This document shows positions 46,671-64,000 of a stretch of DNA of 64,000 nucleotides, one piece after another. The notes beneath the pieces are model-generated. The model worked only from the letters and a program-made list of their open reading frames with translations. It was not told the origin of the DNA and made no database searches. Each line of letters begins with the position of its first letter. The stretch's first letter is position 1. Location of the stretch: the NCBI RefSeq assembly GCF_009914755.1, contig NC_060927.1; one strand, written 5' to 3'. Both the position numbers and the translations under genes were made by a program. Origin of the DNA: the human T2T-CHM13v2.0 reference genome, Homo sapiens.

Positions 46671-47439
46671 AGATATTTCACTACAATTATATTTAAGGTT
46701 TACCCCACTGAAAACTTTATCTTATTGTGTACACCTATTGTGTATTATATCCAACACCTCCTTTTCTGGTAACTTCTTTCCTCTTTCCCAGCCATTCACA
46801 TGATAACCGCAGTGGCAAACTCTCCTTCACCTCACCCCTCAGAATCTCTTCACTAGATTTCAGCCCACCAGATAATTTACCTAGTCTAGAAGCAGATACC
46901 TTATCCTAGCTGCTGTAGAAACCACTTTTCTGAGAAAGTCATTCCAGCTTGAGTCTTTGAAGCCCTCTTGAACTCAACAGTTGTGGGCAGTCACTCTTTT
47001 GCCATATGCATATAAAATCAGTTATATAGAAAGAGAAAAGACTTAATCAGATCCACTGAGCGAAGCAGAAGTGAGAAAAAGAGAAGCAGCCTTAATTGCA
47101 TGCCAATCCCTGCTTCTAGGGTATCCTGGGCACTGTCAGCCCTTGGGTCCTGTGTGACAACTGTGACTATATCCTAAAAATAAGTGCCTTCTCTTAGAAA
47201 TATATTTTTTATTGCCTTCAACCAAAAGAATTCTAATATGTAACTATAGACCTATATTTAAATTCTGGCATGGTCACTTGATGATCGTTTGATCTTATAT
47301 TATTTGTTTTCTCCAAATTGAAGTTTCTTTATTTATAAAATACAGACAATACAATTTAACTTACAAGTTAGTTGTATAGATTAAATATTAAAATATAAAC
47401 TATAGGACACACTTTATAAATGGCAAATATTTATATATG

Positions 47440-47842
47440 ACCGACGCCTCCAACTGCCATTCTTAGGATCCACTGCAGTGTTCGTGCCAAGGCCGTAATT
47501 CCCCCAGGTGCTCCCAGCCAATGAAAGCCTGATGGGGGCCACTGGAGCTGGCCCATTACTGTCCAAAGCGGGAGTCTTCTAGTGGGAAGTGTTTGCTCAA
47601 GGACTTCCTGTCAGCCCGCTCAAAAGTTTCTCAGAAATACACTGCAGTCTGAGACTCCTCCTACCCAATCTGTCCTTTCCTCAAATGTTTCACACGTCCA
47701 AACCCTGAAGCACTGCCTAAAGGCTCTACCAAGCAAATCTTGTTCCCTCCCAAATACCCACTGCTGACATGTCCCCAAAAAAATCTCATTCATATATAAT
47801 TTCACGTTAATATTTTCTTCTCAAAGGACCTGAAGTGACACA
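47440..47842 (+). mobile_element. LTR16 (LTR16C-like) ERVL LTR
   Basis: 'gctcccagccaatga', 'gctggcccatt' and 'gtctgagactcctcctacccaatc' motifs. Confidence 0.7.
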
Positions 47843-48919
47843 ATGACAATTTGCACGCAGTATTTAAACTACCAATAAAGAACTACTATTGTTGTAAATA
47901 CATAGCACATTCTACACCATAGTGGCCATTCCTAACTGGAATGTGGCTCTCAATCTCTGACTGAACCCAGACATGATCTCACACATTTAAAACCCATATT
48001 AACCATAAATTGACCTGACTGGCATATTTACAGGTAGATCCGACATTAACTTCCAATCACTACTAAGAAAAACATCTGTGCCTTGGTTCCTTCCAGCATC
48101 TTTGCAGCTTTCCTTGTTACATGACTTTGCCTTCACTAAACCCCACCTTTGTCCCAGGCTGTTATAAACCTCAAACTAGTCTGTCCTAAATCAGTACAGT
48201 ACAATTATTAAAGCTTATAGAATGTTTTGACTTTAATTTTAAACAACATCTGGATTGTAGACTCTGGTTCAACTTCTCTTAATGTCCCACTAAAAATATA
48301 CATGAAATTAAAAGAAAAAAAATACCTACATGGAAAACCTAAGAATGTCAGTCAAATTACTGCTCATCTGAAAAATACTTGCACAACCTGCATGACTTAA
48401 AGAGTAAAATTCAGAACCAAAACCAATGGGAAAATACAAGATTTGATAGTGACCCAGAGTATATTGAACGCTCTTGACAAAGACAGGAAAACACTATCTG
48501 CCTGCCTGGTAACTCAAGGTCCCAGAGTACAAATCAGTTGCAAGCAATCCCATGAGTAATACTTTTGAGGTGGCCAGTACACTTGCTTCCCCATCTTTAG
48601 TTAGTATTTCTCTTTCTACCTTCATACAGACAGCACAATTCAGAAATCAACATGTACTGTCATATAGATATATGGTACTATATTGTGTATTGGGGAATAA
48701 AAACCAGCATATAAAGTTAAGAAATAGGAGGAGAGATAGGAAGAGCCATATTAGCAGTGACTAGCAGGACTTACAGCTTTTCATATACTACCTTGCTTCA
48801 AATTGTCCTAAGTCAGGTACTGAGAGTAGGAGAGCCTCCCTCAGCCAGAATAACTGCATGAGTTAAAGGCCTACTAATAATATACATGGAACTAGAATTT
48901 AGCACAGCAGTCTACTTAC

Positions 48920-48963
48920 CAGTCATAGATTTCAGAATGGTATTTAACAAGACCCAGTTGGAC
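48920..48963 (-). other. Candidate 44-nt exon
   Basis: tctgtcttgtccccaccgtag|GTCCAAC...ATGACTG|gtaagt, both sites near consensus. Two frames are open (VQLGLVKYHSEIYD or SNWVLLNTILKSMT). Confidence 0.4.
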
Positions 48964-50836
48964 CTACGGTGGGGACAAGACAGATACATCTTCTCTGTTG
49001 GCAAATACTGAGCCTGGGAGAGTTTCTTTTCATTCACACATAAGGATACACAAATCCATAAGATCCGCAGAAACAAAATACTAGAGATTAATGGAACACC
49101 ACCCCGAACACACAAAAGAAATGCATACCTCTGAAAATGACACATTAGAAAAACCAAAGCAAAATTGAAAAGACTATTGACATTTTGAATGGAATATCAA
49201 AATACATGCATAGTATGAAAAGTAGAGGAAAGACATTACAGTTAATTCATTTGAGAGAAAAATACAACTGCAATAGATAATGAAGGAGCCTATAAATATA
49301 TAAAAATACAAAATCAAAATTAAACATGATTTAAAAATAAAGAACAAATTTACATGGCAGAATATAAAATTGATGTCACAGAGAACAAACCAAAGAGGCT
49401 ATTCCAATGTATACAGGCATATGACAGATAAAAATAAAAATAAAGAACATAAAACTTGCAGAGGACAGAAGACATGAGATCAAAAGAAACAAAATAAGTA
49501 ATCAAAGATATCAAAGAAAAACATATGTAAACTGCTGAGAGGAAATCATCTCCTACATACATTCTGGAGGGGAAAAATGGTGAATTATAAAGACTAACTA
49601 GAGAGGAAATATCATGGAGGCCTCAGAATTCTTATCTGAAAAATAACAGTGCTTGATAATATTATTAAAACTACAGGATTTAGGGGAGGCCATTGTAACT
49701 TAAAAAACATATAACCATAATTATTTTGTGTGTATGAAGGTATAAGAAAGATATTCAAAAAGAGTTTTTATGAGTCATTAAGAAAAATATTTTTTTAATG
49801 AGCAAGGAATACAAAGAAAAGCTCAAAGGGAGATTCCAAGATGGCCAAATAGAAACAGCTCCAGTCTGCAGCTCTCAGCGTGAGCAACATAGAAGTCAGG
49901 TGATTTCTGTATGTTCAACTGGGGTACTGGGTTCATCTCACTGGGGCTTGTTGGACAGTGGGTACAACCCACGGAGTGTGACCCAAAGCAGGGTGGGGCA
50001 TTGCCTCACCCGGGAAGTGCAAGGGTCCGGAATTCCCTTTCCTAGCCAAGGGAAGCCATGACAGAAGGTACCTGGACAACTGGGACACTCCCACCCTAAT
50101 ACTGTGCTTTTCCAACAGTCTTAGCAAATGGCACACCAGGAGATTATATCCTGCTCCTGGCTCGGAGGGTCCCATGCCCACGGAGCCTCGCTCACTTCTA
50201 GCACAGCAGTCTGAGATCGAACTGCAAGGTGGCAGCCAGGCTGGGGGAGGGGCATTCACCATTGCTGAGGCTTGAATAGGTAAACAAAGCAGCCAGGAAG
50301 CTCGAACTGGATGGAGCCCACTGCAGCTCAAGGAGTCCTCCCTGCCTCTGTAGGCTCCACCTCTGGGGGCAGGGCATAGCTGAATAAAAGGCAGCAGAAA
50401 CTTCTGCAGACTTAAACGCCCCGTCTGACAGCTTTGAAGAGAGTAGTGGTTCTCCCAGCACAGAGTTTGAGATCTGAGAACGGACAGACTGCCTCCTCAA
50501 GTGGGTCCCTGACCCCTGAGTAGCGTAACTGGGAGACACCTCCCACTAGGGGCCAACTGACAACTCATACAGCCAGGTGCCCCTCTGAGACGAAGCATCC
50601 AGAGGAAGGATCAGGCAGCAACATTTGCCGTTCTGCAATATTTGCTGTTCTGCAGCCTCTGCTGGTGATACCCAGGCAAACAGGGTCTGGAGTGGACCTC
50701 CAGCAAACCCCAACAGATCTGCAGCTGAGGGTCCTGACTATTAGGAGGAAAACTAACAAACAGAAAGGACATCCACACCAAAACCCCATCTGTACATCAC
50801 CATCATCAAAGACCAAAGGTAGATAAAACCACAAAG

Positions 50837-51862
50837 ATGGGGAGAAACCAGAGAAGAAAAGCTGAAAATTTGAAAAACCAGAGCTCCTCTTCTCCTCCAA
50901 AGGAATGCAGCTCCTCACCAGCAACAGAACAAAGCTGGAAGGAGAATGACTTTGATGAGTTGAGAGAAGAAGGCTTCAGACGATTGGTAATAACAAACTT
51001 CTCTGTGCTAAAGGACGATGTACGAACCCATCACAAAGAAGCTAAAAACCTTGAAGAAAGATTAGATGAATGGCTAACTAGAATAAATAGCGTAGAGAAG
51101 CCCTTAAATGACCTGATGGAGCTGAAAACCATGGTACAAGAACTGCATGATGCATGCACAAGCTTCAGTAGCCCATTTGATCAAGTGGAAGAAAGGGTAT
51201 CAGTGATTGAAGATCAAATGAATGAAATGAAGCAAGAAGAGAAGTTTAGAGAAAAAAGAGTAAAAAGAAATGAACAAAGCCTCCAAGAAATATGCGACTA
51301 TGTGAAAAGACCAAATCTACATCTGATTGGTGTACCTGAAAGTGACGGGGTGAATGGAACCAAGCTGGAAAACACTCTTCAGGATATTATCCAGGAGAAT
51401 TTCCCCAACCTAGCAAGGCAGGCCAGCATTCAAATTCAGAAAATACAGAGAATGCCACAAAGATACTCCTCAAGAAGAGCAACTCCAAGATACATAATTT
51501 TCAGATTCACCAAAGTTGAAATGAAGGAAAAAATATCAAGGGCAGCCAGAGAGAAAGGTCAGGTTACCTAAAAAGGGAAGCCCATCAGACCTACAGTGGA
51601 TCTCTCGGCAGAAATTCTACAAGCCAGCAGAGAGTGGGGGCCAATATTCAACATTCTTAAAGAAAAGAATTTTCAACCCAGAATTTCATATCCACCCAAA
51701 CTAAGCTTCATAAGTGAAGGAGAAATAAAATACTTTACAGACAAGCAAATGCTGAGAGATTTTGTCACCACCAGGCCTGCCTCACAAGAGCTCCTGAAGG
51801 AAGCACTAAACATGGAAAGGAACAACCTGTATGAGCCACTGCAAAAACATGCCAAATTGTAA
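50837..51862 (+). pseudogene. LINE-1 ORF1, disrupted
   Basis: Stop after 244 aa (51569-51571); the C-terminal part lies in a separate ORF fragment. Confidence 0.9.
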
Positions 51863-51925
51863 AGACCATCGATGCTAGGAAGAAACTGCATCAACTAATG
51901 AGCAAAATAACCAGCTAACTTCATA

Positions 51926-55727
<3,802 letters not shown>

Positions 55728-57907
55728 ACAATGAGAACACTTGGACACAGTGGGGAACATCAAACACCAGGTCCTGTCATGGGGTGGGGGTAGGGGGGAG
55801 GGATAGCATTAGGAGATATTCCTAATGTAAATGACGAGTTAATGGGTGCAGCCCACCAACATGGCACTTGTATACATATGCAACAAACCTGTACATTGTG
55901 CACATGTACCCTAGAACTTAAAGTATAATAAAAAAAAGAAAAGCTCAAATCACCTATGAACATATGAGAAATACTCAATCACACTAGTAAATTACAATAT
56001 TAAGATCCTATTTCACACTTGTTTAATAAACAAAATTGTAAAACTCTAAAAATATCAAGTATTCAACTAATAGAATAAAATGAGAACTGTCATGCCTTGC
56101 TAGCAGGAAAAGAAATTAGTGATCATCCCCCACCCCAACCCCAGAACACAAAATTAAACAACTATTCACACAAGAAACACCTTCATAAGAACAAAAAATC
56201 AGAGGAGCACTCACAATACCTGGTTTTAACATCATATCAAGGAAAGGGGCGCTGAAGATGGAAAAGAAATCAGTCTTGAATTGCTGATACCACCCATTCC
56301 CCTTCCCCAAGTAGTGACTACATGGAGAGAAGAGAGGATCTGTGTGCTTGCGGGAGGGAGAATGCAGTGAATGCATGAGAATGCAGAGAATGCAGTGGAA
56401 CTTTGCAATTGGAACTCAGTGCTGCTCTGTCACAGTGGAAAGCAACACAAGGCAGAATTCAGCTGGTGCCCACAGAGGAAGAATTTAGGCCAGCCTATCC
56501 CAGAAATCAGAAACTGGGTTCTGGCTAGCCCCCACCATTGCAGGCTAAAGTTTTTTGGGGTCTAAATAAACTTGAAAGGCAGTCTAGGCCACAAGAACTG
56601 CAATTTCTGGGCAAGTCCTGGTGCTGTGCTGGGCTCAGAGCCAGTAGACTTGGGGTGCATGCAACATAATCAGGAACTAACTGGGGCAGCCAAGGCACTG
56701 TTCATGTCACTCCTCCCCTAACCTGAGGCAGTACAGCCTGCAGCTGTGGGAGAGACTCCTTCCTTCAGGTTGAAGAAAGGAAAGGAAGAGGAAGAGGACT
56801 TTGTCTTGCATCTTGGATATCAGCTCAGGCACAGTAGAATAAGGCACCAAGCAAAGTCCTGAGACCGTGATTTCAGTCCCTAGCTCCTGGACGACATTTC
56901 TAGACACACCCTGTACCGGATGGGAAACAGCTGCCTTGAAGGGAAAAACCCAGTCCTGGCAGGATTCACCACCTGCTGTTGACTAAAGAGCCCTTGAGTC
57001 TTGAATAAACATTAGTGGTTGCCAGGCAATACTCGCTACAGGCCTTAGGTGAACCCCAATGCCGTTGTGGCTTCAGGTGTGACCCAGCACACTGCCAGCT
57101 GTGGTGACCATGGAGAGAGACTCCATTGGCTTGAGGAAAGAAGAGAGAAGAGTAAAGGTGACTTTGTCTTGCAGCTTGGGTACCATCTTAGCCACAGTGG
57201 GGTAGAGCACTAAGTGGACTTCTCAGAACCCTGATTCCAAGCCTTGGCTCATCGGGGGGCATTTATGGACCCACCTTAGGGCAAAGGGGACCCCATCGCC
57301 CTGAAGGGAAAAACCCAGGCCTGGCAGCATTTACCATAAGCTGACTGAAGAGCCCTTGAGCCATGAGTGAATATCAGCAGTAGCCTAGCAGTACTCGATG
57401 CAGATCTGGAGTTGGGGTGGCCATTGAGAGAGGCTCCTTCTGCTTGAGGAAAAGAGAGGGAAGAGTGAGAAGGACTTTGTCTTGCAGCTTGGGTATCATC
57501 ACCTCAGCTGTAGTAGAATAGAGCACCAAGTAGATTCCCAAGGTTTCCAACTCCAGGGCCTGGCTCCCAGACTGCATTTCTGGACCCTACCATGGATAGG
57601 GAAAAGCTTGCCACCCTGAAGGGAAGGATACAATCCTGGCTGGATTCACCACCTGCTGATTGTAGAACCCTTGAGCCTTGAGGAAACATCAGCGGTAACT
57701 TGACAGTGGTTGCCACAGGCCTAAGGCAATACCCAGTGCTTAGTCTGCCCTAACACAGTCCCGAAATGGTGGCCACAGGGATACTTGTGTCACCTCTCCC
57801 CCAGTTCCAAGAAATTCAGCATGGAGAGAGAGAGACTCTGTTGGTTTGGGGAAAAGTAAGGGAAGAGAACAAGAGTCTCCACTTGGTAATCTAAGCAATT
57901 CTCCTGG

Positions 57908-58981
57908 TATTGGGGAATCTGCCCCGACATTCATGTAGGTTCTTCTCTATTTTCCTTAAGCATTGGCCAGCTTGAGAAATAAAGGGACAGAGTACAAAAG
58001 AGAGAAATTTTAAAGCTGGGCATCCGGGGGAGATATCACATGTCAGTAGGTTCTGTGATGCCCCACAAGCCTCAAAAACCAGCAAGTTTTTATTAGGGGG
58101 TTTCAAAAGGGGAGGGAGTGTGCGAATAGGTGTGGATCACAGACATCAAGTACTTTACAAGGTAATAGAATATCACAAGGCAAGTGGAGGCAGGGTGAGA
58201 TCACAGGACTACAGGACCGGGGCGAAATTAAAATTGCTAATGAAGTTTCGGGCACCATTGTCATTGATAACATCTTATCAGGAGACAGAGTTTTGAGATC
58301 AACCGGTCTGACCAAAATTTATTAGGCAGGAATTTCCTCTTCCTAATAAGCCTGGGAGCACTATGGGAGACTGGAGTCTATTTCACCCCTGCAGTCTCAA
58401 CCATAAGAGACAGGCGCACCTGGGGGTGCTGTTTATAAGCCTATACCTCCAGGCGCGTATTCTCTTTCCCAGGGATATTCCATGTGAGAAAAAGAATTCA
58501 GTGATATTTCTCCCATTTGCTTTTGAAAGAAAAGAAATATGGCTCTGTTCAGCCCGGCTCACCGGCAGTCAGAGTTTAAGGTTATCTCTCTTATTCCCTG
58601 AACAATTGCTGTTATCCTGTTCTTTTTTCAAGGTGCCCAGATTTCATATTGCTCAAACACACATGCTGTAAAATTTGTGCAGTTAATGCAATTATTACAG
58701 GGTCCTGAGGCAATATACATCCTCCTCAGCTGACAGGAATAAGAGATTAAAGTAAAGACAGGCATAGGAAATCACAAGGGTCTATATAGATTGGGGAAGT
58801 GATAAGTGTCCATGAAATCTTTACAGTATATGTTTAGAGACTGCAGTAAAGACAGGCATAAGAAATTATAAAAGTATTAATTTGGGGAACTAATAAATGT
58901 CCATGAAATCTTCACAATCCATGTTCTCCTGCCATGGCTTCAGCCGGTCCCTCCGTTTGGGGTCCCTGACTTCCCGCAACA
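57908..58981 (-). mobile_element. MER11 solo LTR (HERVK11/HML-8)
   Basis: Minus strand starts TGTTGCGGGAAGTCAGGGACCCCAAACGGAGGGACC; length 1074 bp. Perfect 6-bp TSD tcctgg, typical of ERVK. Confidence 0.93.
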
Positions 58982-60419
58982 TCCTGGATCTTACCCAAGA
59001 CCAAAAAGGTGGTACCTACACAGATCTGCAGGAGTCATAGCATTACTAGGATTGGGATTCCCCTTAACACATATATGCCTGCAATGACCAAAGACTTACA
59101 TCACAACACTCAATACCCTTTGAATACTTGGAAAGCCTTCCCTAGAAGGATGAGTACAAACAAGCCCAGACTGTGAAGATTACAATAAAAACCTGACTCC
59201 TCAATGCCCAGACATTGGTGCAAATCCACAGGCATCAACACCTTCCAGGAAAACATGACCTCACCAAATGAATTAAATAAGGCACCAGTGACCAGTCCTG
59301 GAGTGGCAGAAATATGTGATCTTTCAGACAGATAATTCAAAATAGCTATTTTGAGAAAGCTCAGTGAAATCCAAGATAACATGGAGAAGGAATTCAGAAT
59401 ACTCTCAGATAAATTTCAACAAAGAGATTGAAATAATTTAAAAGAATCGAGCAGAAATTCTGGAGCTGAAAATTCAATTGACATATTGAAGAATCTATCA
59501 GAGTCTCTCAACAGCAGAATTGATTAAGCAATAAGAAATTATCTGAAGTTACAAAATTTACTGCTAGTAGTAAGCACACAAACACAGAATATCCTAACAC
59601 TGAAATTGTGTATAAACAACTCATATCTTGAGTAGAAAGACTAAAAATAAACCTATCAAAAGTAATGACTAAAACAATTGTTCAAGACATAGACAGTATA
59701 ATAAGATATAAATAGAAACAATAAAAACTTTAAAAGCAGGGGATAAAGTTAAAATGTAGAGTTCTTTTTCAGTTTCCTCTTTGCTTGTTTGTTATTTTGT
59801 TTTGCAATCAGTGTTATGTTGTCATCAGTGTAAAATAATGGGTTATAGGATGTTATTTGCAAGCCTCATGGTAACTTCAAATAAAGCAATATGCAACAGA
59901 TACACAAAAAATAAAAAGGAATTGAAACATACAACCAGAGAAAATTGACTTCCCAAAAAGGAACACAGGAAGGAAAGACTACAAAACAACCAGAAAGCAA
60001 ATAACAAAATGGCAGTAGTAAGCCCTTATTAATAATAACACAGAACATAAATGGATTAAATCTCTAATCAAAACATATAGAGTGGATGAATGGATAAAGA
60101 AAACAATACTCAGTGATCTGTTACCTAGAAGAAACACACTTTACCTATAAAGACACACATAGACTAAAAGTAAAGGGATGGAAGAAGATATTTTGTGCAA
60201 ATGGAAACCAAAAAAACAGAAAAAATAGCTATACTTATATCAGACAAAACAGATTTTAAGACAAAAACTATAAAATGAGATAAAAAGGCCATTATATAAT
60301 GACAAAGGGGTCCATTCAGTAAGAGAACACAACAATTGTAAATATATATGGACCCAACATTGGAGTACCCAACATAAAGCAAATATTAGAGCTAAAGAGA
60401 GAGATAGAACCCAATACAA

Positions 60420-60721
<302 letters not shown>

Positions 60722-61069
60722 TTATAGCTGGAGACTTCAACACCCCACTTTCAGCATTGGACAGATCTTCCAGACAGAAAATCAACAAAGAAATATCAGC
60801 TTTAATCTGTACTGTAGACCAAATGGACCTAGATATTTACAAAATATTTACTAATAGCTTCTGAATACACATTCTTCTCCTCAGCACTTGGGTCATTCTC
60901 AAGAATAGGCCATAAGTTAGGTCACAAAACAAGTCTTAAAGCATTTTAAAAATTAAAACAATAGCAGACATCTTCTCTGACTACAATAAAATAAAACTAG
61001 AAATCAATAACAAGAGGAACTTTGGAAACTATACAAACACATGGAAATAAAACGATGTGCTCCTGGAAC

Positions 61070-63182
61070 GACAGAGCAAGATGCCCAAATACAAGCCTCC
61101 ATCAATGGCCCCCACTTCACAGGGACCCAAAATTAAAAAAAAAAAAAAATCTACACACAAACACCTTTATAAGAATGAAAAGCCAAGTGAGCAATCACAG
61201 TATCTGGTTATAACTTCATATACCTGAGAGAGGCACTGAAGAGGGAAGGAAAGAGAGTCTTCAATCCCCGATGCCTCCTCACCCCAGACAGAGGCCATGT
61301 GATGAGAAGAAAGAAACTGTGAGCCTGGGGGAGGGAAGACCCAGCAGTTTTAAGACTTTGCATTGAATTCAGCACTGTTTTGTCACAGCTGAAAGCAAAA
61401 CTGAGCTGAACTCAGCTGATGCCCATCCTCACCGGCAGAGGGAGCATTTAGATGAGTCTTAGCCAGAGGGGAATCACCTATGTCAGAGGTTGGAACGTGA
61501 GTTTCAACAAGTCTCATCGCCATGGGCTGAAGTACTCTGGGGTCCTCAATAAACATGAAAAGAACTCTAGGCCACAAGGACTGCAACTTCTAGGCAACTC
61601 CTTGTGCTTTGTTTGGCTTAGAGCCAGCGGGCCTGGGGACAAGCAACCTAGTGAGATACCAGCTGTGGAAGATAAGGGAGTGCTCACACCACCTGACCCC
61701 CAACCATAGGCAACACAGCTCACAGAAATAAAAATGACTGCTTCCTTCTGCTTGAGAAGAGGAGAGAGAAAAGTAAAGGGGACTTTGTCTTTCATTGTGG
61801 ATACCAGCTCAGCCACAGTAGGATAGGGCACCAAGCAGAGATGTGAGGCCCCCATACTAGGCCCTTGCTCCCAGATGACATTTCTAGACACTCCCCAAGC
61901 CAGAAGAAAACCTGCTGCCTTGAAGGGAGGGACCTCATACTGACAGGATTCATCACCTGCTGACTAAAGAGCCCTTGGGCCCTAAATTACCAGCATGATA
62001 CCCAGATAGTATGCTGTGGGCCTTAGGTGAGACTCTAAGATGTGCTAGCTTCACTAAGACACAGCACATTCCCAGCTGTGGAGGATATCTGCTTGAGAAA
62101 AGCAGGGAGGGAAAAAGTAAACGGGACTTTGTCTTGCACCTTGGTACCAGCTGGGTCACAGTGGGGTAAAGCAACAAATGGACAGAACACCCAATGGGGT
62201 AGAGCACTCTTGGGGACCCCAATTCCAAACCTTGTCCCTTAGATGGCATTGCTGGACCTGCTCTGGGCCAGAAGGGAGTGCACTGACCTGAAGGGTGAGT
62301 CCCAGGCCTGGCAGCATTCACCACAAGCTGATTGAAGAGTCCTTGGGCCTTCAGTGAACATTGGTGATAAGCTGACAGTACTGCCCATGGGCCTTTTGCG
62401 GTGGTGGCTATGGGGAGACGCTCCTCTACCTGTGGAAATGGTAGGTAAGTGTAGGAAGGGCTTTGTCTCATTTGTGAGTACCAGCTTAGCCACAGTCGAA
62501 CAGAACACCAGGTAGATTTCTAATGTATTTGACTCCAGTCCCTGACTCCTGGATGGCATCTCTGAACCCACCGGGGGACTGGGGAAATTCACTGGCCTGA
62601 AGGAGAGGACACAAGCTTGGCTGAATTCACCACCTGCTGATTATGGAGCCCTATGGCTTTAGTGAACATAAGCAGTAGCCAGGGAGTGGTTACAGCAGGC
62701 CTTGGGTGAGATCGGTGCTGTTCTGACTTCAGCACATCCCAGGGGTGGTGGCCACAGGGGTGCTTGTGTCGCCACACCCCCGGCTCCAGATGGCTCAGCA
62801 CAGAAAGACTCCATTTGTTTGGGAGAAAGTAAAGGAAGAGAACAAGAGTCTCTGCCTGGTAATCCAGAGAATTCTTCCAGATCTCACCCCACCAAGACAG
62901 TACCTCTATGAGTCTGCAATAACTACAGTGTGACCAGGCTTGGGATGCAGCCCAATGCCGATATGGCTTAGATCACAACACCCAAGTCCCTTCAAATACC
63001 TGGAAAGCCTTTCCAAGAAGGATGGATACAAACAAGACCAGACAGTGGAGACTACAGTAAATACCTAATTCTTCCATTTCCAGACACCAATGAACATCCA
63101 CAAGCATCAAGAACAACCAGGAAAACATTACCTCACCAAATGAAATAAATAAAGCACCAGGGACCAGTCCTAGAGAAACAGG
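61070..63182 (+). mobile_element. Second L1M1/L1MA-type 5'UTR plus ORF1 start
   Basis: Begins gagcaagatgcc (YY1-like) and has the same repeat units as 56117-57900. Ends shortly after the ORF1 start. Confidence 0.78.
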
Positions 63183-64000
63183 ATCGAGAAGCTACATAAA
63201 AAAGCAGTCTGGCCACTTTTTTGCACAGCAGCTGTGCTGTGTTGGGGGTCTGCTCCAGCTCCCCCACTGCCTCAGACTCTCCAAAGCCCAAAGGCAACAA
63301 TGGCTGTGGCTGTGAAACAGCAAAGATGGAGGCCCACCCCTCCCTCTGGGAGTTCCATCTCAGGGTGGTATGGACCTGTTACTGGTGCAAAAACACCAGT
63401 GGGGTGGTTGTAGACCTTGATTGTGAGATGCTGCCCAATGAAGAGAAACAGGAACTGGGACCTGTGTGAAAATGCAGTCTGGCAGCCTCAACATAAAGCA
63501 GCTATGCTGTGTTGAGGGAGCACTCCAGTCCCTAGTCACCTTGGATTCCCAAGCCCAAAGGCAACAGCAGTTAAGGCCATGAAACAGCAAAGATGGTGGC
63601 CCACCCTGCCCTCTGGAAGCTCCATCCCAGGGAGGTTTGGGACTACTTCTGGCTAGAAAACACTCGCAAGGGTGGTTGTAGACCTCGGTCAGAAGATTCC
63701 ACCCACTGAAGAAAAATGAGGTCTGGGACTCACGTGGAAAAGCAGTCTGGTCACCTCTCCACAGAGTTGCTGCACTGTGCTGGGGGACTACTCCTGTCTT
63801 CAGTTAACTCAGATTTCCCAGAGCACAAGGGCAACAGTGGCTAAGGCTGCACAATAGTAAATACAGTGGCCCGCCCCTCCCTCTGGAAGCCCAGTTACAG
63901 GGAGGTGTAACACTGCTACCCGTGGCTGGCTGAACTTCCAAGCCAGTGAGTCTTATCCTGCAAGATGCTGTGGAAGTGGGGCCTGCAGACCATAGCTGCC
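63183..64000 (-). mobile_element. Old primate L1 5'UTR (L1P4/L1PB-type) with ~270-bp tandem units
   Basis: Three diverged copies starting gcagtctgg at 63204, 63474 and 63742. Family assignment is from recall. Confidence 0.55.

Overview
Repeat-rich, AT-rich primate genomic DNA, most likely human or another great ape. This is inferred from AluY copies and an L1PA3-type element carrying the 129-bp 5'UTR deletion. Well over half the window is transposon-derived: a 5'-truncated L1PA3-like element with intact ORF1 (15751-21520), a full-length decayed L1PA5/6 (49828-55934), a deleted ERV1 provirus (MER61/LTR25/HUERS-P3 group), solo LTRs (MER11, THE1, MLT, LTR16/33, MER68), about 11 Alus or Alu monomers, old L1M, L2, MIR and a ~3 kb L3/CR1 fossil. 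No long cellular ORF is present. The most interesting signals are: (1) a phase-compatible chain of very small minus-strand exons ending in a terminal exon whose stop overlaps AATAAA, suggesting the 3' part of a microexon-rich gene I cannot name; (2) an L1 ORF0 that, because of 5' truncation, reads through into flanking DNA as a 152-aa chimeric ORF and could also splice in frame to that terminal exon; (3) a triplicated LTR-end/PBS unit and a tRNA-Glu-like insert in the ERV; (4) a CTCF/NF-kB/STAT/ETS motif cluster. Repeat subfamily calls come from recalled diagnostic sequence, not from an alignment run.
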